Assembly: GCA_051546255.1 (NCBI GenBank)
Contig: CP128816.1
Location: 868,001 to 932,000 of the forward strand
Length of the DNA stretch: 64,000 bases
Source: Meyerozyma guilliermondii
Lineage: Eukaryota
Direction of reading: 5' to 3'
The notes beneath the pieces were generated by a model. It ran no database searches, was not told the DNA's origin, and saw only the letters and a program-made list of their open reading frames with translations. Below, piece by piece: positions 49,890 to 60,203 of the stretch; position 1 is the stretch's first letter, and each line of letters opens with the position of its first letter. The translations under genes were made by a program, and so were the position numbers.

Positions 49890-51877
49890 GATTTACGCCC
49901 CACCCACCGCTTTGCAATTTCGTCTCTTATATTTCTGGCTGACTTTCCCCAGCCCCAGAAATGCTGAACTGAGGTGAATACTGGTGCAATTCTGGAATTG
50001 AATTGTCTAAATGGAATACCATAGCCGTTTGAGACTTGTCGAGGAAGATCATCTGCTATGATTTCTTTCGGTGTTCTCTTCTCCAATTCCTTTTCGAGCG
50101 CATCCTTGGAGAACGAGCTCACTGGAGAAAAGTTGACCTTACCTGTTTTCTGCTCCCATGGCCGCATAGAATTGTCGATAGGAACCCAAGTAGCATACCT
50201 CCAGTTATCAGAATTGACCATTTCGTGAATACGCAGTACAGCTCTTTTATAGGCGAATTTCTCGTCTTCTCCAGTAAACGCTTTGGCATCTTTGAAATCG
50301 TATTTATGATGTTCTTCCTCCTTGTACTCCTCGGTATGTTCCTGGTCATAAGTCAGTACATTAGGGCGATATGGATTGGATAGGTCAATAGCCGTTCGAG
50401 CAAACATCTCTTCTTCCTGGACCTTCAACCTGTCTGCTTCAGATTCACCCGATGCATCGGGAAAAAAAAGCGATTCAAGGCCGACTTCACAGCGAAGAAA
50501 AAGTTGGCATTTTGCTTCGTAAAGTGCATCAAGAAGAGTAATAAATCGTCTAGCTTCGTTTTTCATTTTCGTGGTCATCACTGGGACATCGTCTAGCACC
50601 ACAGTCAGGAACTTGGATGCGATGGTAATATAGTCTGACGAGGAGAACAAACCTTGGCATATATGACTATAGTCAAGCACGCAAACGGAACCAAATGTCA
50701 TGGGAATGTCTATTTTTCTGTTGTAGACTTTGAAAGATACTCTCTCGGGATTCAATTGTTCAAGACCAACGTCGTCTGCCATGCGAGGATCTGACGGTGG
50801 GATTTTCAAGGCATATTTCTTGATGAGACGGTTCCAAATTTTGTCGCTTTCGGGATAACTCTTTAATACTAAGTGCAGCTCACCTTGAGATGCAGATGCA
50901 AAATCGTGTCTATAATCTTTGGCTGAGTTCATGTCTACCGAATGACAGCGTGAATGCAAAATCAGGACAAACGTTCTGAAACTGTCTTTATGAAACTGGG
51001 TTGAATATAAGTCGTCTGGGAGTTTGTTTGAGGTTGCCACAAGCACACCGCCGAGCTTGAAGTAGTATGTGAAAAGAATTTTGACAATATTTGCGGAAGC
51101 AATATCGGGAAGCATGAATTCATCGAGCATTAAGACGGTACTTTTTTGTATCATTTTTTGTGCAATTTCAAAAAGAATAAACTCATTTTCCATAGTTTGA
51201 GCACCTTCTATGCCGTTTTCAGACCGCAAAAATCTCTCCTGTTGGATTCTGTGGATCTCACTGTAGATCCAGAGAATAAAATTATTATAATGCCAACGCA
51301 TTTTCGATTCATGGGGAAGCGACGTGGCAAAAATATCCATCAACATCGACTTTCCACATCCAACTTCTCCATTCACCAAAAGTCCGTGCGGTGAATCAAA
51401 GTTTTGAAGCTCTTCTTCGTCAGTGAGGAACCGAACAACTTGTTGAGTTATTGCTTTTGTGTCTCCTCTAGTGAGCAATTTATGTACTATGTGGTTTATT
51501 CCACGCTTCCTTTCGGCCTCCCTTTCTCTAGCTAAACGTACCTCAAGTTTCCGAAGAACTAGACTTATTTTAATCTGTAAATCTTGCGCTGGAACATAGT
51601 TGACGACCCTATGGTATAGTTTTTGAAATTCTTTCATGACCCGGACTTGATTTTCGTCCTTGGAAAGTATACCCAGTCTTATATAGCTCTGATAAAGTAG
51701 ATATGGGTCTGTAATAGCGAGAGTTTGACTCGAATCGACATCGTCGCAAGCTTGAAAAATAGTCTTTTGGTGAGGTAGACGGCCCTCCACACCTTGGGGT
51801 CCAGAGCTAAGGTATCTAAAGCATTTCTGTCTCGCCAAATGGTGCCAAAGACATTGCCTAACCTGGAAATGGCGCAT
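49886..51877 (-). CDS. AFG1/LACE1/ZapE-family mitochondrial ATPase
   Basis: GEVGCGKS Walker A, MLDEF Walker [30 protein letters not shown]. Confidence 0.88.
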   Translation of the reverse strand: MRHFQVRQCLWHHLARQKCFRYLSSGPQGVEGRLPHQKTIFQACDDVDSSQTLAITDPYLLYQSYIRLGILSKDENQVRVMKEFQKLYHRVVNYVPAQDLQIKISLVLRKLEVRLAREREAERKRGINHIVHKLLTRGDTKAITQQVVRFLTDEEELQNFDSPHGLLVNGEVGCGKSMLMDIFATSLPHESKMRWHYNNFILWIYSEIHRIQQERFLRSENGIEGAQTMENEFILFEIAQKMIQKSTVLMLDEFMLPDIASANIVKILFTYYFKLGGVLVATSNKLPDDLYSTQFHKDSFRTFVLILHSRCHSVDMNSAKDYRHDFASASQGELHLVLKSYPESDKIWNRLIKKYALKIPPSDPRMADDVGLEQLNPERVSFKVYNRKIDIPMTFGSVCVLDYSHICQGLFSSSDYITIASKFLTVVLDDVPVMTTKMKNEARRFITLLDALYEAKCQLFLRCEVGLESLFFPDASGESEADRLKVQEEEMFARTAIDLSNPYRPNVLTYDQEHTEEYKEEEHHKYDFKDAKAFTGEDEKFAYKRAVLRIHEMVNSDNWRYATWVPIDNSMRPWEQKTGKVNFSPVSSFSKDALEKELEKRTPKEIIADDLPRQVSNGYGIPFRQFNSRIAPVFTSVQHFWGWGKSARNIRDEIAKRWVGRKS

Positions 51878-51956
51878 AGCAACAACGTAGGGTATCTCTT
51901 TTTTTATCAGATTTATCTAATCTAAAGGTGCGCACTATATGCACACTTCCATGCTA

Positions 51957-53927
51957 CTACTTTTGAAGCTTCATTTGCTTGAACTTTCTGTCCAAAGAAT
52001 TCGACAAGCCGTTCATTTCCTCGTCAGATCTGCCGTACAATTCGTACCACCATTTCACATCGGAATAATTGAAGAAAAGTACATCTGTAGTCTCTGCGTC
52101 ATACTGTCGATTGACGAACTCGTTGGGCCGAGACCTGAAATAGTCCCATGCCGAAACCGTCAATTCTTTGGTCTTCATATACTCTTGCTCTGTATTTGCC
52201 AAAAACGTTCCATACTGGCACGAATAATGATGGTAAAAGAGTCTTTTAAGAAACCTGCTATTGAACTCAAATGCTGTGGGACACTGGCGATATATCTGAT
52301 AAACACAGTCAAGAAACTGATGGAACACTGGAGATCGTTCTGAGCTTCCCGAATAGGTATTCACCATTGGGTCAGGAGATTGGTTGAGGTCGGCTGTGGA
52401 GCTGGAAGGGGAGGATGCAGCTGCTGCTGCAGCTGCAGCCGCTGCAGAAGTTTTTATATGATGTGCAGCTTTTTGGAAAAACGATGCAACACGAGCCTGA
52501 GTCCCGGGACCTGATTCTCCTGGTCCATTGCCATTGTATGTCTTTTCATCGTTTGCCGGAATTATGGCACCGATGCATCGTCCATGGTCAGCTCTGGTTT
52601 TGAATTTGTAGCCAAAGCTAACCCATTCCTTCTCGATCAAAATCATGAATCCTTTGAGCGTTCTGAAGTATGGGTCAAGACATAGCTGCAGAAGAGCCGA
52701 TACTTGAGACGTGCGATCCCATCCATCTGAGCAATGTATGATCACATTGGTATTATTCAAGTGGATCGACTTTGTGATTCTATCAACAGATTGCAAGATT
52801 ATGGCAATGCGGTTAAGCCACAGGGTTTTCGTAAGTTGCTGCTGGAGGTGAGCTGCCCGTGTCAAGTCGGACGTAGACGTAGGGGTGGAACGCTTGTCCA
52901 AATCACGTAAAACGTTGGTTAGTTTCGTCAAAGAATCCCTTATGACATGGATGTTATCTATGTTCCCAAAGATTTTATCAAGCGGCCGGAGCGATGTTTT
53001 CGAGTCGGTTTCCGTCTTGGCCAAACTCTCTCTATACTTGTCAATGTTCTCTGTGCCTGCGCCAAGCGCATGCTGTGCCATGGCGTTGCTTATGGGCCGT
53101 AGATCTACAATCAAATTGCGCTGGGGCTGATCTTGAAGCTCATCATCCGAAGCAAGGGTACTGGTGCGTTCTCGTTCCTGGGTCTTGAATATTTCTGAGA
53201 TTAACTTTTCGTCCTGTAACGATCTGTTTTGAATATTAATACCAACTAATGGTTGGGCACACCGCGCGATCACATTATGATTGGAATTGCCCCTGTGTCG
53301 ATACACAACGGCAGGTATACGCTGTTTTGAACGAAACTTTCCCGCGTGGTTCACTACGTTATCAGAAATCGATGCCGGAACTATCAAGACTGTGGGATAT
53401 GAGGGACAGAACTTGTAGTCGTCATTGATCTCCGTGGTCCTCCAGTGGTCACTTTTAAGTCCTTGCCGTGCATATTCTGAGTTCTCGTCATAGAGTGACC
53501 ATCCGTTTTCATCGAGCTTTTCTTCCAACGCGTTTCTTGTATAGTCGAATGCATAAAATTTTGATGCTTCCTGAGCCATATTTTCGCTTAACTTGGCAAA
53601 AGTGTCACTGCAAATCTCGTCGTTGACAAAATCAAACCAGTAGTAGGTGAAGTCTTTACACAGTAGATGAATATGTGAAGAAACGTAATGATCTTGTCCA
53701 CCAGGTAGTTCCTTGCCTTCGCTGGCATTGTTGGCCATCCACGATGATCCTCGGGACTTATGTATGCTTTCTATCATCGGATAACAAATCCATATTTCTC
53801 GTGGAGTATTTGGCTGATCTTCACTTTGAAACTGAAACACCATATGGTGGTCTAAAACCACTAATTTTCCTTCAATACGGTAGCCACGTCGTGAAAGGGC
53901 CACGTTTTCAACCGTGAAAGCATTCAT
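51957..53927 (-). CDS. YMR1: Myotubularin PI3P phosphatase
   Basis: FRSKQRIP, RCAQPLVG, HCSDGWDRT active site, IEKEWVSFG, SPVFHQFLDCV; first ATG at 53927. Confidence 0.92.
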   Translation of the reverse strand: MNAFTVENVALSRRGYRIEGKLVVLDHHMVFQFQSEDQPNTPREIWICYPMIESIHKSRGSSWMANNASEGKELPGGQDHYVSSHIHLLCKDFTYYWFDFVNDEICSDTFAKLSENMAQEASKFYAFDYTRNALEEKLDENGWSLYDENSEYARQGLKSDHWRTTEINDDYKFCPSYPTVLIVPASISDNVVNHAGKFRSKQRIPAVVYRHRGNSNHNVIARCAQPLVGINIQNRSLQDEKLISEIFKTQERERTSTLASDDELQDQPQRNLIVDLRPISNAMAQHALGAGTENIDKYRESLAKTETDSKTSLRPLDKIFGNIDNIHVIRDSLTKLTNVLRDLDKRSTPTSTSDLTRAAHLQQQLTKTLWLNRIAIILQSVDRITKSIHLNNTNVIIHCSDGWDRTSQVSALLQLCLDPYFRTLKGFMILIEKEWVSFGYKFKTRADHGRCIGAIIPANDEKTYNGNGPGESGPGTQARVASFFQKAAHHIKTSAAAAAAAAAASSPSSSTADLNQSPDPMVNTYSGSSERSPVFHQFLDCVYQIYRQCPTAFEFNSRFLKRLFYHHYSCQYGTFLANTEQEYMKTKELTVSAWDYFRSRPNEFVNRQYDAETTDVLFFNYSDVKWWYELYGRSDEEMNGLSNSLDRKFKQMKLQK

Positions 53928-54153
53928 GATGTCTGGGCTCTGTTGCCCCACAATTGGATAGTAAAGCTTATCAAAGGAAATTGCGCGAGGACTGCGAGAT
54001 GCCGGACTGAGAACGGGTGCAAAAAGATGAGAGACAGTGATAATACAAAATAGTACAAGACATGATAGAAATACAAGAAAAACTACAAGATACTAAAGTA
54101 TAACAAAGATAAGATAGAAATTACATGATAGAAAATTATGGTTATTCTATTTC

Positions 54154-55626
54154 CTACAACCCATCGAATCGGCGTATTCCATGTGAATGGGCAAGTTTTG
54201 AAGTTTGCTTGAGTTTTTGTTTCTTGACGTTTTCACCAGCCGATTTTGGTTGAGACGCTTGTCTTTTATTTGCTTGTTTTCCACTTTCAGCCTCTATGTT
54301 CTTGTGGTCTGTTTCTGTGGATTCTTCTTCTTTTTCTTTTTCATCGTCACTGCTCTCAACTTCATCTTCGTCGTTGCTATCACTTTCTTCACTATTGCTT
54401 CCATTGCCGTCGTCACCTTCACTTTCTTCTCCGCTACTTTCATCGCTTTCTTCATCACTTTCCTCACTTTCTTCGCTTTCTTCTCCTTCACTTTCTTCTT
54501 CTTCCTCATCGTCGCCCTCTGCCAGCCAAAGCTTCATCGAGTCCATGCCTGCGGTCAAGAGTCTGTACTCGTAATCAATATCCAAGAACCCAACTTCATC
54601 GGCGGTTCCATGTAAACGAGTCTCTACAACTTTTCCCTTTTTATAGTTCACTCGGTGTACTAAACCATCACTGTCTCCACACCAAACTGAGGCCGCCATA
54701 TCATCATCTCCAGCGTCCATAGCACTGATCATTACATCAATTGAGGCCTCCTTGTTAACCTTGATTCTGGAAAGCTGGTCCATAAGCTTGTTTTTGGAAT
54801 TTTTCCATATGGTGACGATGCCTCCACCGTGCGATACCAAGACGGTATCATTGCGATCGTCATCTGGGACGAAAGACATTGATAAAAGCTCGTCCTCTTG
54901 GTCATCGGATTGAGTAACTATTCCCTTTCTTATGTCAATATGAGAAAGCGTGGTGGACCCTACAGTCAAATAATGGTATGGGGAAACCGAGGGCATTGCG
55001 AGAATATGGTTGACAGCATCTTCATGAACATTTTCCACTTTGAACTTATTGCTCAAATCATTGCTGTCATACACCAATACATGACCGTTTTCTGTACCTG
55101 ATAACAAAAAAGGATGGGTAGTAGAATGGCATAATTTCGTTACTGCGTCCTTCAGTGATAAGTCCTTACTTATATCAGTTTTCGTCAAAACTTTACCAGT
55201 TTCTGTGTTTGCTTTCTTTACAACGTGATCTTTTCCCACCGTAAACAAATGCTTGCCCACTGAACTTTCAATAGGATCAAAAAGTACCAGACGACACGAA
55301 CCTTTATGACGCTTCGTTTTCCAGCAAGTTACAATTTCGTCAGTATTGGTTATATCTTCCACCTGTGTCCACCAGGCGGCATTTGTAGTCTTCACTGACG
55401 TCTTGGACTTCTTCTTTTGCTCGTCTTTGATGGCCTGCATTCGTTCTTCTAGTCTTTCGGCATCGTACCGATTGCAAAAAACATGTCCAGTTGCAAGACC
55501 AGAAACAAAGATAGGCTCAGTTGGATGAGCTGCTATTGAAAACAAGGGGTCGTTGTACTTGACCTCCAAAATTGGGTTTCCTGTGGGCTCTACAGAGCGT
55601 CCATCCTTCTTGGCTTTTTTTGCCAT
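54154..55626 (-). CDS. JIP5: WD40 protein Jip5 (WDR55-like), acidic C-terminus
   Basis: [35 protein letters not shown]. Confidence 0.88.
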   Translation of the reverse strand: MAKKAKKDGRSVEPTGNPILEVKYNDPLFSIAAHPTEPIFVSGLATGHVFCNRYDAERLEERMQAIKDEQKKKSKTSVKTTNAAWWTQVEDITNTDEIVTCWKTKRHKGSCRLVLFDPIESSVGKHLFTVGKDHVVKKANTETGKVLTKTDISKDLSLKDAVTKLCHSTTHPFLLSGTENGHVLVYDSNDLSNKFKVENVHEDAVNHILAMPSVSPYHYLTVGSTTLSHIDIRKGIVTQSDDQEDELLSMSFVPDDDRNDTVLVSHGGGIVTIWKNSKNKLMDQLSRIKVNKEASIDVMISAMDAGDDDMAASVWCGDSDGLVHRVNYKKGKVVETRLHGTADEVGFLDIDYEYRLLTAGMDSMKLWLAEGDDEEEEESEGEESEESEESDEESDESSGEESEGDDGNGSNSEESDSNDEDEVESSDDEKEKEEESTETDHKNIEAESGKQANKRQASQPKSAGENVKKQKLKQTSKLAHSHGIRRFDGL

Positions 55627-55669
55627 TTTGTTAATTAGAAATCGCGATGCGATGCCATAAAGTGGAAAT

Positions 55670-55677
55670 GCGATGAG
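55670..55677. promoter_or_regulatory. PAC element (GCGATGAG) upstream of JIP5
   Basis: Exact consensus with additional GCGATG copies nearer the ATG. Confidence 0.7.
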
Positions 55678-55697
55678 ATGAAAGCTGGGGTAGAAAT

Positions 55698-55741
55698 TTC
55701 AAATTAGAATTTTATTGACAAGTTCAAATTAGAATTTTATT
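55698..55741. repeat. 19-bp exact direct repeat TTCAAATTAGAATTTTATT
   Basis: Copies at 55698-55716 and 55723-55741. Confidence 0.85.
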
Positions 55742-55756
55742 ACAATACGAATCTAT

Positions 55757-58700
55757 CTAGAAGATATCCATCACATCACCAAGCTTCTTATCCTTTCTCT
55801 TTGACCAGTACTCATCAGTAAACTGCCAATAACTGTCTCCCGTGATTGGGTGCTTGGTCTTGACAAACCATTGAGGACGGTATGGTTTCTTGCTCTCCTC
55901 GCGCTGCTTTCTTGCTTCTCTTTGTTTCTGCTCCACTCTTCTTTTCTCGTCGGCTGCCTCATCGTAACGTCCCTCCTCCATGGCTCTCTGATCTGGTCTT
56001 AAACGAGTGTCCGTACGTGGTAAGAACTCTCCCAATCTTTCGTCCAATCCATTGAGCGTTACGGCAAACAGAGTCAAATTGAATGGAAGCTTTGGTCTTG
56101 GAGCCGCCTGCCATACTAAGAATCTGCTTCCACTGAATGGATCATCAGACACTTTAGTTGTGGAATCCAACGTGGTATCTTGATGGCCCGAAACCTTTTT
56201 GGCATACACCTTTGAATTCCAGTGGCCTCCAATAGCCCATTGAACATTACCCTTACTGTCAAGCAGCTGTCCACTAAGTTGATAAGCCGACGACGCTTTC
56301 CAACCACGCTGCTTCATGTCGATAATCACACTAGTTCCTGTGGTGTGATTTGTCACTTCCATCCTACCGTAATTATCAACAGTAGGGTTTCCGGTAATAA
56401 TCCCCACAACAGATGTGTTCACCTTTTTCCAGCTGTATAACTCTTCATCGACTTTCTCTCCATTCTTGTTCACAACCCCGTTGATTGGGCGCACCACACA
56501 GAACATTTTACCAAGGTGCTTAAAGTCGAACGAGCGACCTCTAAACAGTGAGTCAACGGCATTTTCTCCGTAGTAAGTCCAGTTGATAGACTCGGCGTTG
56601 CACGCACTAATTGGAGGATGGTGGCTCACCTGTTCCACCATCAATCTATAACTTTGATCGGGACGGCAGTATTCGTATGTTTCTCCCAAAAGTGGGTTGA
56701 AAGGCTTTGCAATTCTGTTGATACTGGAAGCATATTCGGAAGCACCGAACACAGCTACATAAACACCTCGCAACGTAGGATCATCGTAGCTGGCGGCGGT
56801 GTCCAAAAGAGTGGCATATTCAATATCTTCAGCAAGTCTTTGAACCAAAGAGGTGGGCTCGTTGAAAGATACAGGCAACGACATCTTCGTCATATCCTTA
56901 CCAATCATCGACTTCAACACACCCCAAAGAGAGACTTTGGGACGGTTATCGTCATCCATGCCCAACTTGTTCCTGAACCCGTTTTCGTAACCCAAGAATG
57001 ACCCGTCTTTCTCAAGAATTTGCTTCCATTCATCGTGTTTAGGATTACTGCTCTTGGATTTGGCTTGCTCCTCTTGAGGCTGGTCAGCACTGGTTGAGTC
57101 GTCAACAACAGTTTTCTCTGATTGTGTATGCTGCAATTGTTCGCCAGCTGCCACATTCTCACCAGAGGACTCACCCACTCCTGAGGCAGGTTCGTGTTCT
57201 TCCTCCTGGTCAAACTCGTCGGCATCAAAGAACTCGTCATCAGAGTCATCGCGCAAAAGACCCTCGATTTCATCCGAGTCATCGCCGTCTAGCTTCTTCT
57301 GCAATATGTCCTCCTGGCCCTGATCTTCATTAGGATCCTCAGGCAAAGTTCCGGAACCCAATTTGGCTCCAACAGCACCAGCACCAATTGCAGCTCCTGC
57401 GCCAGCAGCCCCTGCTCCAGCAGCCACGCGGGGACTAGCATGGCCAGACCGTCCTGAAAAGTACTTTCTCAACTTTTTCTTCTTGCCTTCAAATTCAGAG
57501 AGTTTCTTCTCTCTCTCGGCGATTTCCAGCTCCAATTGTTGGATCAGTCTTTCCCAAAGTTTGTTGACCTGAAGTTGGCGATCCAATTGCTTCAGAAGTT
57601 TGGCATCTTTGAGTTGCAGCCTGGCGTAGTATTTCTCGGTCAATTCTTGAATGGTCTTTATAGATCTCAATCCCACACCATAAACTTCCTCCTTCGCGCC
57701 TACCTCTACGGATTGCAGTGGATCTATCAGGCTGAAAAGGTCAATCAAGCTGGTGATTTCAATATCCAAAGCACGTTTGATGGTGGAAAGTTCGTCTCCA
57801 GCAGCTCCAAACAGCTCTTCCGAACCACGATTATAAGTCGAGCCATCACTGTCGTCATCGTCATCAAACTCATCATGGTCAAAGTTCTCGACGTCCGTCT
57901 CAACATAGCTTTGTTGGTCTTCGGGATCCACAACCAAAGGCTTCTTCTCTTTGATTCTGGACAAGTTGGGCAGAGTTGGAGTCTTGCCAACTTCCTTTCC
58001 AAATGCACTGGACGTCGAAGCCACATCTTTGCTTTCCTCGCTGGTAGCTGAGGCAAGTGAGACCTGACTAGAATTACGTTTGTGCTTTCTGCTGTTTCCC
58101 CTCCCAGGAATGTGCAATCTGCGGTGCTTCTTTTCTGGATCATCGACACTGGAACGAGCTGAAGTACTGTCATCTTCTATAGGAGGCACTCCACGTCTCT
58201 TCATATTGTCCTTGGCAATTGTTATAGCGTTCTGAAGTGTCCACACCCAGCGATTAGTTTCAATAGGATGGTTTGCCTTGAGGTGCCATCTAATTCCATT
58301 GCGGCCATATATTTCAAACTTGAGTTTTTCCGACGAATCCAAATGTAAAGTTGCAAATCCAAGGTTGAGCGATCCACGACAAGCATTGTTTGTATCGTCT
58401 TGGTTGGCATAGTAGGATAAGATTCCATTGCTGTCCAAAAGGAAGTAACGCAACTTGTAGCCAGAAGCAAAGTTGGTCCATTTGCGCAAATACCCTCTAT
58501 AGGTTACAGCAGTGCCAGCCTTGATTGCGTTGCTCGTATTGACAACAGGATCCATTATGGTTTGGTCCTTGGATGCCGACTTCAAGAGCTTACGCAATGG
58601 TTCGTTCTTACTGGGCACCAAATCAATGGGAAGTTTCCCACGCTTGTCTCTCTTGAAAGGATCTCCTCCATGTTTCAAGATCCAATCGCACATTTGAATA

Positions 58701-59290
58701 TCCTCCTTTTTGATATACTCATGGAGCACCGTGTCACCAGTTTCGGGATCTGCGCCATTAATATCAAGAAGTTGAGAAGCACGAGGGTTGCTAACCAAGA
58801 GAACTTCCAAGTTATCAAAGTCCCTGTTGGTAAAGAACTTGCGCAAATCGGTAGCCAGCTTCTCGACAAACTTTGCCCGTTCAAACTGCATCAATTGAGC
58901 AAGATTGAGATCTTTGCAAAGTTCCACAGCAACCTTCTTTTTGAGGTTGGTGATGGTATCGTTGATATCGGGAAGAGAAAGAAGAAAACGAACAACATCG
59001 GCTCTGCCAGCAGAAGCAGCAAGATGAAGAGGAGTGTTTCCATCGACATCCTGGGAATTAATGTCCAATTTTTTGCTTTGAGCAAGGTGCTGGACAAGTG
59101 CTAGTGGGGCGATTTGCACAGCATAATGGAGCACAGTTTCTCGAAGTTGGATTAACTCTGTGGTTTGAGTTGTTGGTTTCACAGCAGACAACTCCTCAAT
59201 GATAGCGTCGGTTCTGGAAGTGTCTCCAGAACGCAAAGCTTCTAGAAGTTTTAACCGTGTCAAAGAAGCACTAATTTGCGGGGCACTCAT
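55757..59290 (-). CDS. Oxysterol-binding protein, Osh1/Osh2 type (ankyrin-PH-FFAT-ORD)
   Basis: GNTPLHLA ankyrin, LRKWTNFASGYKLR PH domain, EFFDADE FFAT, KPFNPLLGET and EQVSHHPP. Confidence 0.93.
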   Translation of the reverse strand: MSAPQISASLTRLKLLEALRSGDTSRTDAIIEELSAVKPTTQTTELIQLRETVLHYAVQIAPLALVQHLAQSKKLDINSQDVDGNTPLHLAASAGRADVVRFLLSLPDINDTITNLKKKVAVELCKDLNLAQLMQFERAKFVEKLATDLRKFFTNRDFDNLEVLLVSNPRASQLLDINGADPETGDTVLHEYIKKEDIQMCDWILKHGGDPFKRDKRGKLPIDLVPSKNEPLRKLLKSASKDQTIMDPVVNTSNAIKAGTAVTYRGYLRKWTNFASGYKLRYFLLDSNGILSYYANQDDTNNACRGSLNLGFATLHLDSSEKLKFEIYGRNGIRWHLKANHPIETNRWVWTLQNAITIAKDNMKRRGVPPIEDDSTSARSSVDDPEKKHRRLHIPGRGNSRKHKRNSSQVSLASATSEESKDVASTSSAFGKEVGKTPTLPNLSRIKEKKPLVVDPEDQQSYVETDVENFDHDEFDDDDDSDGSTYNRGSEELFGAAGDELSTIKRALDIEITSLIDLFSLIDPLQSVEVGAKEEVYGVGLRSIKTIQELTEKYYARLQLKDAKLLKQLDRQLQVNKLWERLIQQLELEIAEREKKLSEFEGKKKKLRKYFSGRSGHASPRVAAGAGAAGAGAAIGAGAVGAKLGSGTLPEDPNEDQGQEDILQKKLDGDDSDEIEGLLRDDSDDEFFDADEFDQEEEHEPASGVGESSGENVAAGEQLQHTQSEKTVVDDSTSADQPQEEQAKSKSSNPKHDEWKQILEKDGSFLGYENGFRNKLGMDDDNRPKVSLWGVLKSMIGKDMTKMSLPVSFNEPTSLVQRLAEDIEYATLLDTAASYDDPTLRGVYVAVFGASEYASSINRIAKPFNPLLGETYEYCRPDQSYRLMVEQVSHHPPISACNAESINWTYYGENAVDSLFRGRSFDFKHLGKMFCVVRPINGVVNKNGEKVDEELYSWKKVNTSVVGIITGNPTVDNYGRMEVTNHTTGTSVIIDMKQRGWKASSAYQLSGQLLDSKGNVQWAIGGHWNSKVYAKKVSGHQDTTLDSTTKVSDDPFSGSRFLVWQAAPRPKLPFNLTLFAVTLNGLDERLGEFLPRTDTRLRPDQRAMEEGRYDEAADEKRRVEQKQREARKQREESKKPYRPQWFVKTKHPITGDSYWQFTDEYWSKRKDKKLGDVMDIF

Positions 59291-59725
59291 GGCTCAAAGA
59301 ACAGGCTAAGAGACTTTTTCGGTATGTATAAATGGTTGCAAATCAAACGCAGTATTCGGTGGTTCACAATTAGCAAATAAATAAGTCCGTTACAACAATT
59401 CTGTATGTTATCACAAATAGGGACCTCGTCGATTATGCCGGTTGGTGTCGTTGCTCATGACGTTCCTGTATGCTACCCCGAGTTTTCCTGTATGCCGTCC
59501 AGGGCAGGACGTCGCCGAAGGTTGCTTCGTGGCGGAGTGTGCACGTGAAAGTGACACAATTTCAATTGAGGCTTGAAAATAAGCCTGGATAACATTTGGG
59601 GTGAATAACAGGTTTGCACAAGCAAGATGACAATTCAACAGGTATTCTGACCGAAAGTCGTTATGTGTTGGTGTCTGGGTGTCCATCGCATTGACCTCGA
59701 GATTCGATTTGGTTTTGGCAACTGA

Positions 59726-60151
59726 ATGGGTGCACTAAAGCGCAAGCTGGAGTCGATTGGGCCGTCCAAACGAGCCAAGGTGGCAATTAGGCCATCACAG
59801 ACGTTATATGTGAACAATTTGAACGATCAGGTGCTGCGCAGGTTGCTCAAACACAACTTGTATTTACTATTTTCAACCTATGGAGATGTTATCGACATTA
59901 TAATACGGCCCAAAATGCGGGGCCAGGCCCATATAATTCTAGAATCTGTTACCAGTGCACTGTCAGCAAAGGCTGGTCTCGACAAAAGGCGATTTTTCAG
60001 CAAGGAAATGAGTGTAAATTATGCAAAGACAAAGTCTCGGATTGTAGCTCGAGCTGAAGATGACACGGGAGGTGATATTGGTATAGCTGAACAAAAGAAG
60101 GTCACGGATGCGGACGAAATCAACGAGGATGTTCCCGGTTACGAATCGTAA
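59726..60151 (+). CDS. MSL1: U2B''/U1A-type RRM protein (Msl1-like)
   Basis: PSQTLYVNNLND, LYLLFSTYGDV, KMRGQAH, M.V.YAKTKS. Confidence 0.8.
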   Translation: MGALKRKLESIGPSKRAKVAIRPSQTLYVNNLNDQVLRRLLKHNLYLLFSTYGDVIDIIIRPKMRGQAHIILESVTSALSAKAGLDKRRFFSKEMSVNYAKTKSRIVARAEDDTGGDIGIAEQKKVTDADEINEDVPGYES

Positions 60152-60203
60152 ACCACATGTATATTAGTGTATAATAATGAATAATGAGATCAAATACATA
60201 CTC

